From positions 1,088,001 to 1,152,000 of the forward strand of contig CAVSLV010000001.1 of assembly GCA_963728915.1 (NCBI GenBank): a stretch of 64,000 nt of DNA, given 5' to 3'. Position numbers and translations under genes: made by a program. Under the pieces are notes generated by a model that searched no databases, was not told the DNA's origin, and saw nothing but the letters and a program-made list of their open reading frames with translations. Source of the stretch: an uncultured Gemmatimonadales bacterium. GTDB lineage: Bacteria > Gemmatimonadota > Gemmatimonadetes > Gemmatimonadales > GWC2-71-9. This document shows positions 25,568 to 34,753 of this stretch, in pieces (the first letter of the stretch is position 1; the number at the start of each line of letters is the position of its first letter).

Positions 25568-27658
25568 ATGGAAGTTCCCCATTCTTGGCGGCGCTGGGCG
25601 CTTCGTGGAAGCCTGGCGCTGGGCGCGGCAGGCATGCTGGCCGTCGGCCTCGAGGCCGTCATCCGGGCCAGAATCCCCTCTCCTTCCGAACGAATACCGA
25701 CGGCCCTGTACACGAGGCCGGTCCCCTGGGGCAACTCGAGTGATTCCCGGGCTCCGGTGCCGATCGGGACCATCGACGGGCGGCCCCTCGAGCTTCGCAT
25801 CCCGGTTCCACTCGATCAGATCCCCGATCACCTGGTGCAGGCAGTGCTGGCCACCGAGGATCAGCGGTTCTACCGGCACCATGGCCTCGACATCAAGCGA
25901 ATCGGCGGCGCGCTGATCGCCGACCTCAAGGCCGGGGGCATCACCCAGGGGGGAAGCACCCTGACTCAGCAGCTCGCCAAGAACCTCTTCCTCACGGCGA
26001 GTCGCAGTCCCCTCCGGAAGCTTCGCGAAGCCGCGCTGGCTCTGGTCCTCGAGCGTCGCTACCCGAAGTCCGCCATTCTGGAGGCCTACCTCAACGAGAT
26101 CTATCTCGGTCAGAGTGGTGGAATGCCCATCCACGGCGTTGGAGCGGCGGCGCGGGCCTACTTCGGCAAGGATGTCCGTCGCCTCACCCTCGCCGAGTCG
26201 GCGTTCCTGGCGGGCATCATCCGGGCGCCGAACTGGTACTCGCCGGTGCGTCGCCCGGCACTCGCCCGCCAGCGTCGATCCCTGGTTCTGGACCAGATGG
26301 TGGAGCAGCATCGGATCTCGACCAGCGAGGCCGATCGAGCCCGGCGGGCGGGGCTGCCCCGGCGGATCGCCTGGACCACCCTCGACGGCAGCTGGTTCCG
26401 GGATTATGCGCTCGCTTCGGTGGGGAAGGCGCCCGACCGTGGCCTGGCGGTGTACACCACACTCGACGCCGGGCTTCAGCTGGCGGCGGAGCGGGCCGTC
26501 CGAAGCGGGCTGAACCGTCTCGGCCTACCGGGAGCCCAGGCTGCGCTGATCGCCCTCGATCCCCGGAGTGGCGAAATCCTCGCCATGGTGGGGGGGCGTG
26601 ACTACCGTGGGTCCCAGTTCAATCGCGCGACCGACGCACGCCGGCAGCCGGGCAGCGCGTTCAAGCCCATCGTCGCCCTGGCGGCGCTGACTCCATGGGA
26701 CGGCCAAACCCCGGCGTTCACGCTGGCGTCCACGGTCGACGACGCTCCTCTATCGGTTTCGACCGAGCAAGGTCCGTGGCAACCCGCCAACTACGATCGC
26801 CAGTTCCGCGGCCCGGTGACCCTCCGGGAGGCCCTGGAGCAGTCACTCAACGTTCCCTTCGCCCGGATCGGCATGGCGGTCGGCCCCGAGCGGATCGTGA
26901 CGACCGCACACCAGCTCGGCATCACGAGTTCGCTCCGTCCGGTTCCCAGCCTGGCCCTGGGAAGCTCGGAAGTCACCCTGCTCGAGCTGAGCCGCGCGTA
27001 TGGGGTGCTCGCCGCCGCCGGTCAGCTGGCCCCCACCCGGGTGATCCTGGGCGGCGCGGCACCGGGCCAGGCGCCACCGGAACCGGGGGCTCCGGCCCTA
27101 ACCCGCGCGGCCGATCCCGCGGTGGCCTTTCTGGTGACCTCCGCGCTCCAGGGCGTGGTGACTCGCGGGACCGGCGCGGCGCTGAACGGCTCCGGGCGCT
27201 TCGCCGGACTCGCCGGAAAGACCGGCACCTCGAGCGATTGGCGGGATGCCTGGTTCCTCGCCTACTCCCCCACGCTGGTGGTCGGCGTCTGGGTCGGGTT
27301 CGACGACGGACGAAGCCTTCAGCTCACCGGCGCCACGGCCGCGTTGCCCATCGCCGCGGGGTTCCTGGGCGAGGCCGCTCACGCGGCTCGCTGGGACGAT
27401 TTCGATATTCCGGACGGCGTGACCGAGGGCTACACCGTCGCCGACGGCGGATGGCCGTGGCAATGCGGTGCGCGCGAGTTCTTCCTCGCCGGGACCGAGC
27501 CCTCCAGCCGTTCGTGCCTCCGGTGGGGGTGGGACCAGCCCAGGGTCGAGGACCTCAAGCAGCGAACCCAGGATGTCGAGGATCGAGTCCTGCGAATCCT
27601 CCGGAGCCTCCTTCGGGAGGCCCGAGGCCACTCGGAAAAGGAAAGGGGGCTCCTGTGA
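25568..27658 (+). CDS. Class A penicillin-binding protein (transglycosylase/transpeptidase)
   Basis: EDQRFYRHHG, QGGSTLTQQLAKN, RKLRE; transpeptidase motifs GSAFK (SxxK), SLN, KTG. Confidence 0.95.
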   Translation: MEVPHSWRRWALRGSLALGAAGMLAVGLEAVIRARIPSPSERIPTALYTRPVPWGNSSDSRAPVPIGTIDGRPLELRIPVPLDQIPDHLVQAVLATEDQRFYRHHGLDIKRIGGALIADLKAGGITQGGSTLTQQLAKNLFLTASRSPLRKLREAALALVLERRYPKSAILEAYLNEIYLGQSGGMPIHGVGAAARAYFGKDVRRLTLAESAFLAGIIRAPNWYSPVRRPALARQRRSLVLDQMVEQHRISTSEADRARRAGLPRRIAWTTLDGSWFRDYALASVGKAPDRGLAVYTTLDAGLQLAAERAVRSGLNRLGLPGAQAALIALDPRSGEILAMVGGRDYRGSQFNRATDARRQPGSAFKPIVALAALTPWDGQTPAFTLASTVDDAPLSVSTEQGPWQPANYDRQFRGPVTLREALEQSLNVPFARIGMAVGPERIVTTAHQLGITSSLRPVPSLALGSSEVTLLELSRAYGVLAAAGQLAPTRVILGGAAPGQAPPEPGAPALTRAADPAVAFLVTSALQGVVTRGTGAALNGSGRFAGLAGKTGTSSDWRDAWFLAYSPTLVVGVWVGFDDGRSLQLTGATAALPIAAGFLGEAAHAARWDDFDIPDGVTEGYTVADGGWPWQCGAREFFLAGTEPSSRSCLRWGWDQPRVEDLKQRTQDVEDRVLRILRSLLREARGHSEKERGLL

Positions 27659-27690
27659 GCCCCCTCCCCGTAGACCCGCACCGCAATTCC

Positions 27691-29643
27691 CTATCTGGCC
27701 AGGTCGCGCACCGAGGCGGCGAGCCTCTGGACTTTCGCGGCATCGGAGGACGACCGAGCATCGGTATCCAGCGATCCCGCCAGTTTGGTCAAGCCGCTGC
27801 GCCGTGCCGAACCACTCGCTTTCTCCGCCTGAGCCAGATCGTTGCGCACCGCGGTAATCTGCGCGGCGCTCAATCCATGGGATCGCTCGAGCTGGTCCAC
27901 ATAGGCTCGCGAAAGCGAGAAGCTCGCGGGCCACACGAATTTCGGCTGGTCCTGCGCATTGAGATGGTCGAGACGGACCGACTTGGCGGCGTCGATCTCA
28001 TTCTGGGTCAGATACTGGCTCGGGGTCAGGTCGAAGATGTCGAGTCCCCGGGCAATTTCGGAGCTGACCATCACCCCGTTGTACCAGTAGACCGACCAGG
28101 ATCCCGCCATGACCATGCGGGTCGAATCCATCGGCCCGCGATCGAAGAAGGCGATCTCCATCGGATGCCTGGGGTCGGTCCAGTCGAACACGGAAATTCC
28201 GCCCTGATACCATCCCTGCACCATGACGTCGCGACCGGGGATCGGAATGAGGGATCCATTGTGGGCCACGCAGTTTTCCAGTGAGGTCTGCGGCGCCGGG
28301 AGCTTGTAGTAGCTCTGGAACACCATCTTGCCATTCTCGATCGTGAAGATCGCGTCGGCGCCCCATTCCCGCTTATCGGTCGCCCGGCACTTGGGCTGAC
28401 CGCCACCGCCCCATTCATCGCTGAACAGGACCTTGGTCCCCTCGTTGTTGAAGGTCGCGGAATGCCAGTACGAGAAATTCGAATCGGCCACGGCATCGAG
28501 GCGGACCGGCTGGGTCGGATTGCTGATGTCCATAAGCATTCCGAATCCCTCGCAGGCGCCGCCGGCCCGGCCGATCGCCGGGTACAGGGTGATGTCATGG
28601 CACTGCATGTAGGTCATCCGGTCGTGCTCGGGCCCCACCATCTTGGCAACAATCCCCGGGAGGGCGGTCCGGAGCGCGGCGCTGTCCGCCGCGGTCGGAT
28701 CGCCCGTGCCATTTCTCGCTTTCACAATGCTGTCGAGCAGCGGCTTGGTGAACTGCGGCGAAAGGGGACGTTCCGAGCCGAAAATCACCGCCGTGAACAG
28801 GCCCTGGGCCTTGGCGGTTTCGAGCTGCTTCTTCCGGCTTTCGAGGTCTTCCGGCGCCTCCCCGTGACTCTTCACGGGGGTGAGGTTGTCGAACACCCGG
28901 GGCGAGCTCACGATCGCGGCCCGTTCGGGATGCGCCAGCGGGATCTTGATCACCTCGAGACGCATCAGCGGAGAGTTGGGATTCTTGTCGGGTGATTCAT
29001 CCACGCACCCCGCCAGCTCGGTGGGACTCCGGAGCCCCGCCGACCCCGAGATGTAGACGTACACGTTTTCCTGGTCCTTGGGATCAACCAGGAGCGAATG
29101 AGTGTGGGACCCCCGGCAGGTCTGCACGTTCGCGATGTACTTCGGGGTCTCGATGTTCGAGATATCGAAGATCCGGATCCCCCGGATCCGCTCCTGGCTC
29201 ACGGTGTCCCGGATCCCTTCGGGGCCGCAATCCAGGCGCGAGGAGCCCGACTCGGCGGACACCACCAGAATGTTCTTGTAGACCGACACATCGCTCTGGG
29301 AGGCGGGACAGAAGTAGTCGGTCCTGATGGTCGGGTGACTCGGATCGGAGATATCCCAGACCTGGAACCCGTTGAAGTTCCCCTGGATGGCGTAGTTCCC
29401 GAGGAAGGTCAGGTCCGAGTTGATGCCATCGAGAAACTTCTCGCTCGGCTTGGTGCTGGACAGCACCCGGAGGTTCCATGAGGCTTCGCCGGCATCCCAT
29501 TTCCCGGCGCGCAGCCCGACTCTGGGATCCTGAGTGGAGGACCCGGCCTGGGCGGCGGACCGGGCCGCGCCGGGGCCTGCGATGAGCAGCAGGGCGGCGG
29601 CGAGCCTGACGAAAGCGGAACGGCGGTGGTGCATGGGTCGCAT
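27691..29643 (-). CDS. Secreted LVIVD-repeat (beta-propeller-like) protein
   Basis: Signal peptide; repeated WDISDP/FDISNI/MDISNP units; GSHTH, CHDI, YWHSATF, NCVAHNG. Confidence 0.8.
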   Translation of the reverse strand: MRPMHHRRSAFVRLAAALLLIAGPGAARSAAQAGSSTQDPRVGLRAGKWDAGEASWNLRVLSSTKPSEKFLDGINSDLTFLGNYAIQGNFNGFQVWDISDPSHPTIRTDYFCPASQSDVSVYKNILVVSAESGSSRLDCGPEGIRDTVSQERIRGIRIFDISNIETPKYIANVQTCRGSHTHSLLVDPKDQENVYVYISGSAGLRSPTELAGCVDESPDKNPNSPLMRLEVIKIPLAHPERAAIVSSPRVFDNLTPVKSHGEAPEDLESRKKQLETAKAQGLFTAVIFGSERPLSPQFTKPLLDSIVKARNGTGDPTAADSAALRTALPGIVAKMVGPEHDRMTYMQCHDITLYPAIGRAGGACEGFGMLMDISNPTQPVRLDAVADSNFSYWHSATFNNEGTKVLFSDEWGGGGQPKCRATDKREWGADAIFTIENGKMVFQSYYKLPAPQTSLENCVAHNGSLIPIPGRDVMVQGWYQGGISVFDWTDPRHPMEIAFFDRGPMDSTRMVMAGSWSVYWYNGVMVSSEIARGLDIFDLTPSQYLTQNEIDAAKSVRLDHLNAQDQPKFVWPASFSLSRAYVDQLERSHGLSAAQITAVRNDLAQAEKASGSARRSGLTKLAGSLDTDARSSSDAAKVQRLAASVRDLAR

Positions 29644-29668
29644 GATGGTTTCCTCGAAAAGCATCTGG

Positions 29669-30316
29669 TTAGGGTGCCTGAACTCCCAGGGTGAGCGAGA
29701 CCAGCATCCGTCGCATCCGCGCGATTTCGGTGGTCTGGTCGACATTCACATCGTTCGAAAACTTCCACACCAGCTCGTCCTGCCCGGCCCCCGGATGGGT
29801 GTAGAGGTCCTTGACCATGACCAGGGCGCCGCTGTGGTGCTGAATCATGTAGGTGAGGAAGAGCCGGTCAAACTCCTCGCCCCGGGCGGCGTCGAGCTGG
29901 CGCATCTGATCTTCGGTCAGCATCCCGGGCATCAGCATGGTGTGGTGCATCCCGCTCATTTGCATTCCCCGGGGATCCGCAGCCGGCACCGGCTGGTTGC
30001 GGTCGAGCAGCCAGGTCTGCATCAGACGGATCTCGTCGGACTGGGCATTGATGATCCGCTCGGTGAGGCGCAAGACGGACTCGCTCGCTCCGTGGGACGG
30101 CGCCCAGCGCGACATCGCGATCGCCTGGGCGTGGTGGGAAATCATCCCCGACATGAAGGCGATGTCTGCGTCGGTGTACGGTCGCCGGAGGCTGTCTGCG
30201 CGGGCCCGCGCGATGGCTCCCGAATCCGGGTGCAGCTCACCGAGATCGATCGCCTGGGCACCGGCGGTCCCCCAGAGCATCCCGGTCAGGGCGAGCCCAG
30301 CCAGCAAGGGTTTCAT
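29669..30316 (-). CDS. DUF305 (ferritin-like) exported protein
   Basis: DIAFMSGMISHHAQAIAM ... FDRLFLTYMIQHHSGALVM ... Q..EI..M; start at ATG 30316 after GGAGAGG. Confidence 0.9.
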   Translation of the reverse strand: MKPLLAGLALTGMLWGTAGAQAIDLGELHPDSGAIARARADSLRRPYTDADIAFMSGMISHHAQAIAMSRWAPSHGASESVLRLTERIINAQSDEIRLMQTWLLDRNQPVPAADPRGMQMSGMHHTMLMPGMLTEDQMRQLDAARGEEFDRLFLTYMIQHHSGALVMVKDLYTHPGAGQDELVWKFSNDVNVDQTTEIARMRRMLVSLTLGVQAP

Positions 30317-30516
30317 ACGCTCACCTCTCCTCCGCCTGGCCGGTCCGGCCGGCAAACATGAAATATAGGAGAGTTTCCCCCAATGGTCGGAATGCCGCTC
30401 CCGGCCCCCAATCGTGCAACTCTCACCCCGGGGCACGTCCACCCCCAAGCCCCCGCGAGTGTGCGCGGTCCTGGCGGGGGAAGGACAGACCGCTACCGCG
30501 AAGGAGAAGGGGGACG

Positions 30517-30642
30517 ATGGCGACGGAATTCCGGTGCAAGGCCTGTGGTGCGGAGTTCGACAGCAAGGAACAGCTCGACGCCCATAACCGCAATCAGCAC
30601 CCGTCTCACAGCAAGACGGAGACTTCGGGCTCGAACCGCTGA
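30517..30642 (+). CDS. 41-aa C2H2 zinc-finger microprotein
   Basis: MATEFRCKACGAEFDSKEQLDAHNRNQHPSHSKTETSGSNR matches F-x-C-x2-C-x3-F-x5-L-x2-H-x4-H; strong RBS AAGGAGAAGGGGGA; hairpin downstream. Confidence 0.8.
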   Translation: MATEFRCKACGAEFDSKEQLDAHNRNQHPSHSKTETSGSNR

Positions 30643-30668
30643 CGGTTGACGCGGAGCAGGAAGTGCAT

Positions 30669-30694
30669 GGCGGGGCGCCCAGGCGCCCCGCTTT
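30669..30694. terminator. GC hairpin between convergent genes
   Basis: GCGGGGCGC-CCAG-GCGCCCCGC-TTT. Confidence 0.55.
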
Positions 30695-30697
30695 GCG

Positions 30698-31081
30698 CTA
30701 GTGCTTGAGCTCGACCACGATCACTTCCACGGGACGATCGGAGTCATTCACGTCGGCATGGGTCTGGCCCGGCGGATCCGCCGGCAGCCAGTAGGCCTTG
30801 CCATGCTCCCAGTGGTACGTGGTCAGCTCTTTTCCCGACGGGTCCACCACCCGAAGCTGGCCGTCGGTGAGCGCAATCAGCACCCGGTTGTGCTCGTGGC
30901 GATGGAAGCTCAGCGGCTGATGGGGCGCGATCACCGTCTTCCACACCTGCACCTGATCATTCTCGAACTGGGCTTCGCGCCCGGTGGTCTGGGCCGGGCG
31001 GTTCTGGCGCAGAATCCCGGCGCCGGCGAGCAGGAGGACTCCGGTCAGAACGGTCACGGGGAGAGTCGGCATGGGGGTCAC
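30698..31081 (-). CDS. Exported cupin-domain protein
   Basis: FENDQVQVW..IAP....FHRH.HNRV...G.L...HADVN....VEVIVVELK. Start could also be ATG 31072. Confidence 0.8.
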   Translation of the reverse strand: MTPMPTLPVTVLTGVLLLAGAGILRQNRPAQTTGREAQFENDQVQVWKTVIAPHQPLSFHRHEHNRVLIALTDGQLRVVDPSGKELTTYHWEHGKAYWLPADPPGQTHADVNDSDRPVEVIVVELKH

Positions 31082-31084
31082 GGG

Positions 31085-31978
31085 TTAGGGTTTCTCCATC
31101 ACATCAAAGAGCTCGGCCTTCCCTTCCGGCCCCTGGACCCGGGCCATCACCAGGTTCGGGTCGTGCTCGAAAAACAGGAGCCACTGATTTGCCACCGCTT
31201 CGCGGAGGATCACCCGTTTGGTCTCCAGGGTCCGGAGCGGTTCGACATCGTAGCCCATGATCCAGGGCAGCGGGAGATGATGACGGGTCGGGATCAGGTC
31301 GGCCAGGTAGAACAGGCGCTCGCCGGCGCTCTCGAGCAGGATGCCCTGGAGTCCCGGCACATGGCCGGGAATCGGCCGCACGGTGATTCCGGGAAGAACC
31401 TCCGACGAGCCGGTCAGCAGCCGGAACCGCCCCGCCGCACTCACCGGTTCATAGTTGTGGGGAAGATAGGACGCCCGGGTCCGTTCATTGGCGTCGCGCG
31501 CGAATTCCAGGTCCCTGGTCTGGACCAGGTACTCCGCCGCGGGAAAGGTCACCTGGGCGGTTCGGCGCGAAGGATCGGCCTCGAGATCGATCCAGGTATT
31601 GCCCCCGGCGTGATCGAAATGAAGATGGGTATTGATCACCCAGGTGATCTCCGGGGGCGCATGGCCCGCTTCGGCAAGAGCGGCTTCCAGCAGGGTCCGT
31701 CCACCCGGACCCTCGTTGGCGACGCCATAGATCTCGCGGAACTTGGCGTCCTCCTTGTTGCCTAACCCGGTATCGATCAGCACCAGGCCGGCCGGATGTT
31801 CCACCAGCAGGCAGCGGAGCGCCAGCCCGATCCGGTTCCGGGCGTCCGGCGCGATCCGGCGCTCCCAGAGCGGTTTGGGCACCACCCCGAACATCGCGCC
31901 GCCGTCGAGCCGCTGCACTCCGGTGTCCAGGGCATGACAGCGGAACCGGCCGACCTGAAAGGTGTGGATCAGCGTCAC
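31085..31978 (-). CDS. MBL-fold metallo-hydrolase (YtnP-like)
   Basis: LDGGAMFGVVPKPLW, THLHFDHAGG, PGHVPG, ADLIPT, FEHDP. Confidence 0.93.
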   Translation of the reverse strand: MTLIHTFQVGRFRCHALDTGVQRLDGGAMFGVVPKPLWERRIAPDARNRIGLALRCLLVEHPAGLVLIDTGLGNKEDAKFREIYGVANEGPGGRTLLEAALAEAGHAPPEITWVINTHLHFDHAGGNTWIDLEADPSRRTAQVTFPAAEYLVQTRDLEFARDANERTRASYLPHNYEPVSAAGRFRLLTGSSEVLPGITVRPIPGHVPGLQGILLESAGERLFYLADLIPTRHHLPLPWIMGYDVEPLRTLETKRVILREAVANQWLLFFEHDPNLVMARVQGPEGKAELFDVMEKP

Positions 31979-31984
31979 GAGGGA

Positions 31985-32830
31985 CTAGTGCAACGGGTCC
32001 GCCGGGCGACCTCTCCGGCCTGGTCGTTTTCGGCGGCGCGCCTGGTATCGCTCCAGATCGGCCACGGTCCTCGCCCCGTCGTGGCGGGCGAGCCGGAGCA
32101 GCCGCTGCAACAGCTCCGCGGTGGCGAGGGCATCGCCGGCGGCGCGATGGCGAGCCGGGTTATGAAGATCGAACCGCTCGGTCAGGGCGTCGAGTGCGCA
32201 CGATTCCACCCCTTCGACCAGACGCCGGGCCAGCCGCACCGTGCAGAGCCGGGCGCCGTCGAGCCGGAGCGCCCGGGCCCGCCGGAGCTCGGTCTCCACG
32301 AACCGCCAGTCGAATCGCGCATTGTGGGCCACGAACACCCGTCCCGCCAGGGTATCCAGCAACCGTTCCGCGATGTCCTCGAAGACCGGGGCATCCCGCA
32401 GCATCAGGTTGGTGATCCCGGTGATGCCGGTGACCATGCCGGGCACCGGACGGCCCGGATTGACCAGGCTGTCGAACACCAGCTCCCGCCGCTCGCCCTG
32501 GACCAGCACCACCGCGATTTCGATGATCCGGTCGCTGCCCGCCGCGCTTCCTCCGGTCGTCTCGACATCGATGACCGCAAACGCGCACTCCTCGAGCAGG
32601 GGCGCTCCGCCGGCGACCGCCACCAGCGCCCAGCGGCCGTCGCTGAGCCGCTGGACCCGGGGATCCGCGCCGAGCAAGGCGACCGCAAGCCGCTCGGCGA
32701 TGATATCGGGGGCCTGACCCAGACCGAGGACATGGGCCGCGAGCCATCGGGCCGGCCGGGACTCCAGCGCCAGCGCGCCCAGCGCCCGATCGACCAGGGT
32801 GGAATCGGGACGGGCGGCGACCGCGCTCAC
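31985..32830 (-). CDS. DEDDh 3'-5' exonuclease (DnaQ-like)
   Basis: VIDVETTG, VAHNARFD, HRAAGDA. Confidence 0.9.
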   Translation of the reverse strand: MSAVAARPDSTLVDRALGALALESRPARWLAAHVLGLGQAPDIIAERLAVALLGADPRVQRLSDGRWALVAVAGGAPLLEECAFAVIDVETTGGSAAGSDRIIEIAVVLVQGERRELVFDSLVNPGRPVPGMVTGITGITNLMLRDAPVFEDIAERLLDTLAGRVFVAHNARFDWRFVETELRRARALRLDGARLCTVRLARRLVEGVESCALDALTERFDLHNPARHRAAGDALATAELLQRLLRLARHDGARTVADLERYQARRRKRPGRRGRPADPLH

Positions 32831-34068
32831 AGGTCTTCCCGCAGGATGGGTAGCGTCATGCAGCGCGCCCCTCCACCGCCTCGCACCAGCTCGCCGCCCT
32901 GAATGGTGATGGCGAGCCGCTGGCCGGCCGGTGACGAGGCTGTGCCCTGGGCCCGGCCCTTGAGCTCCGGGCTCCCGACGATCGCGAACCCGGCGGCTTC
33001 CAGTTGATGTAAAGTCTCCTGGTTACGTGCATAGGTGACAATCACCCCCGGGGCGAGCGCCAATGCATTACACCCCGAGGCCCATTGCTCCCGCTCCTGC
33101 GTCAGCCGACGACTTCCCCCCGCCAGCACCGGCTCCATCCCCATCCCCACCTCGGTCAACGCCGTGAAGAGATCCGGCTGCTCCCGCACTGCCGCCTCCC
33201 CCTTCCGGCGGTGCAGAATGGTCAGGCGCTCCGGACCGATAAACGCCGGAGGATAAATCAGACAGAGATCCCGGTCGAGGTGGGTGAACAGCATGTCCAG
33301 GTGAATCGCGGTGGGGCTACCGGGCATCACCACCACGATCACGTCCCGCACCGAGGTTCGATCGAACGCCGCATTGGCAAGCTGGTCCAGCGCCCCCGGC
33401 GAGCTTCGTTCGCTGAACCCGACCAGCAGCAGATCTTCCCGGAGGACGTGGACGTCCCCCCCTTCGAGCGTGTAATTGGCCCGGCGCTCCTCCGACCCAT
33501 CGTAAATGAAGCCGGCGTTGGCCAGGAGCGGATGAAAGGCGAAGAGGGTCTTGATCAGCATCTCCTCCGTCCACCGGCTGCGATACCGCATCGAGCCCAC
33601 CACGACGTGATTCCCCAGGACCATTCCGATGTCCCGGGGAAAGAACAGGTTGGGAAGCGGAGGAAAAACGAATCCGGTCTCGTTCAGGGCGGTCGCAATG
33701 GGACCTGGCTCTTCTTCCGTCCCCTGAATCAGCATCGTGACGATGGTCCGGGGCGGCAGCTCGGCGAGGCGCTGGGCGAGCGGTTCCGACGGCACCACCT
33801 CGAGGGCGCGCCCGATCAGGTATTCCCGCGCCTCGCGCTCCTTCAGAACTTCAGCGAGCAGGTCGGAGATCTCATGGACCCGGGCGAATCCACCGATCAC
33901 CCGGGTGAGCTGGGCGTGCTCCCGGGCTGCGACTTCGAGACCGATCAGATCGTCGTAGAGGTAGTCCTCGCGGTTGCCTGGCGTCACCGCCTCGAGCTCG
34001 AGCCCGGGAGTGTGGACCAGCACTTCCTTGAGCGCGCCGATCTCGGAGGAAACCCTGACCGATGGCAT
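32827..34068 (-). CDS. arcA: Arginine deiminase
   Basis: SEIGALKEVLVHTPG.E, PNLFFPRD, EGGDV, HLD, EQW, ELVRGGGGARCMTLP (catalytic Cys). Confidence 0.9.
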   Translation of the reverse strand: MPSVRVSSEIGALKEVLVHTPGLELEAVTPGNREDYLYDDLIGLEVAAREHAQLTRVIGGFARVHEISDLLAEVLKEREAREYLIGRALEVVPSEPLAQRLAELPPRTIVTMLIQGTEEEPGPIATALNETGFVFPPLPNLFFPRDIGMVLGNHVVVGSMRYRSRWTEEMLIKTLFAFHPLLANAGFIYDGSEERRANYTLEGGDVHVLREDLLLVGFSERSSPGALDQLANAAFDRTSVRDVIVVVMPGSPTAIHLDMLFTHLDRDLCLIYPPAFIGPERLTILHRRKGEAAVREQPDLFTALTEVGMGMEPVLAGGSRRLTQEREQWASGCNALALAPGVIVTYARNQETLHQLEAAGFAIVGSPELKGRAQGTASSPAGQRLAITIQGGELVRGGGGARCMTLPILREDL

Positions 34069-34080
34069 GCCGGAAACTAG

Positions 34081-34704
34081 CTAGACGCGGACCCCCAACG
34101 CATAGGAGAGCGTCTCCAGCTCGAGTACCAGATTGACCGTCTTCACCGCGACGGTCTCGGGAACCGCGAGCTGGACCGGCGCGAAATTGAGGATCGCCGC
34201 CACCCCGCTCTTCACCACCCGGTCGGCCACCGCCTGCGCGGCCTCCGAGGGGGTGACGATCGCAGCGATATCCGCCGGATGCCGCTGCAGATCGCGCTCG
34301 AGATGGGCGATGTCCCGAACGACGAGGCCGGTCCATTCCTTCCCCACCTTTTTCGGATCGCTGTCATACAGAGCCGCGAAGTCGAAGCCCCGTTCCTGGA
34401 ACCCGTGATACTGGACCAGCGCGCTTCCGATCTTCCCCGCCCCGATCACGATCACCCGATAGCGGCGGTTGAGGCCCAGGATGGCCCGGAGCCTGGCGAT
34501 GAGATCAGGGACCGGGTAGCCGAGCCCACGCTTGCCGAAGGAGCCGAAGAAAGAGAGATCCTTCCGAACCTGGGCCGAGGTGGTCCCGCCACGCGCGGCG
34601 AGGGCCGCCGAGCTGGCGGTCGCATCGCCGTGCGCCTCGAACTCCTCCAGAAAGCGGAGGTAGAGGGAGAGCCGTCGGACGGTGGAATCGGCGATCTTGG
34701 GCAC
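34081..34704 (-). CDS. rex: Redox-sensing transcriptional repressor Rex
   Basis: TVRRLSLYLR, QVRKDLSFFGSFGKRGLGY, IGAGKIGSAL, ILNFAP. Confidence 0.96.
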   Translation of the reverse strand: MPKIADSTVRRLSLYLRFLEEFEAHGDATASSAALAARGGTTSAQVRKDLSFFGSFGKRGLGYPVPDLIARLRAILGLNRRYRVIVIGAGKIGSALVQYHGFQERGFDFAALYDSDPKKVGKEWTGLVVRDIAHLERDLQRHPADIAAIVTPSEAAQAVADRVVKSGVAAILNFAPVQLAVPETVAVKTVNLVLELETLSYALGVRV

Positions 34705-34707
34705 AGT

Positions 34708-34725
34708 ATGTGAAAGTTTTCACAA
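34708..34725. promoter_or_regulatory. Rex operator (ROP)
   Basis: Minus strand reads TTGTGAAAACTTTCACAT against consensus TTGTGAAnnnnTTCACAA (one mismatch); 3 nt upstream of the rex GTG. Confidence 0.9.
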
Positions 34726-34753
34726 AGCTAGCCCAGTCGCAGGTCCGCGTCAA
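34725..34753 (-). promoter_or_regulatory. sigma70-type rex promoter embedded in the rsmA 3' end
   Basis: TTGACG-N17-TAGCTT; the predicted TSS falls inside the Rex box. Confidence 0.75.

Noticed and set aside
24074..26311. 745-aa apparent fusion ORF for the symporter, and similarly extended ORFs for dxs, hflX, coaD, CMD and LOG
   Set aside because: The N-terminal extensions overlap other genuine genes; true starts are downstream.
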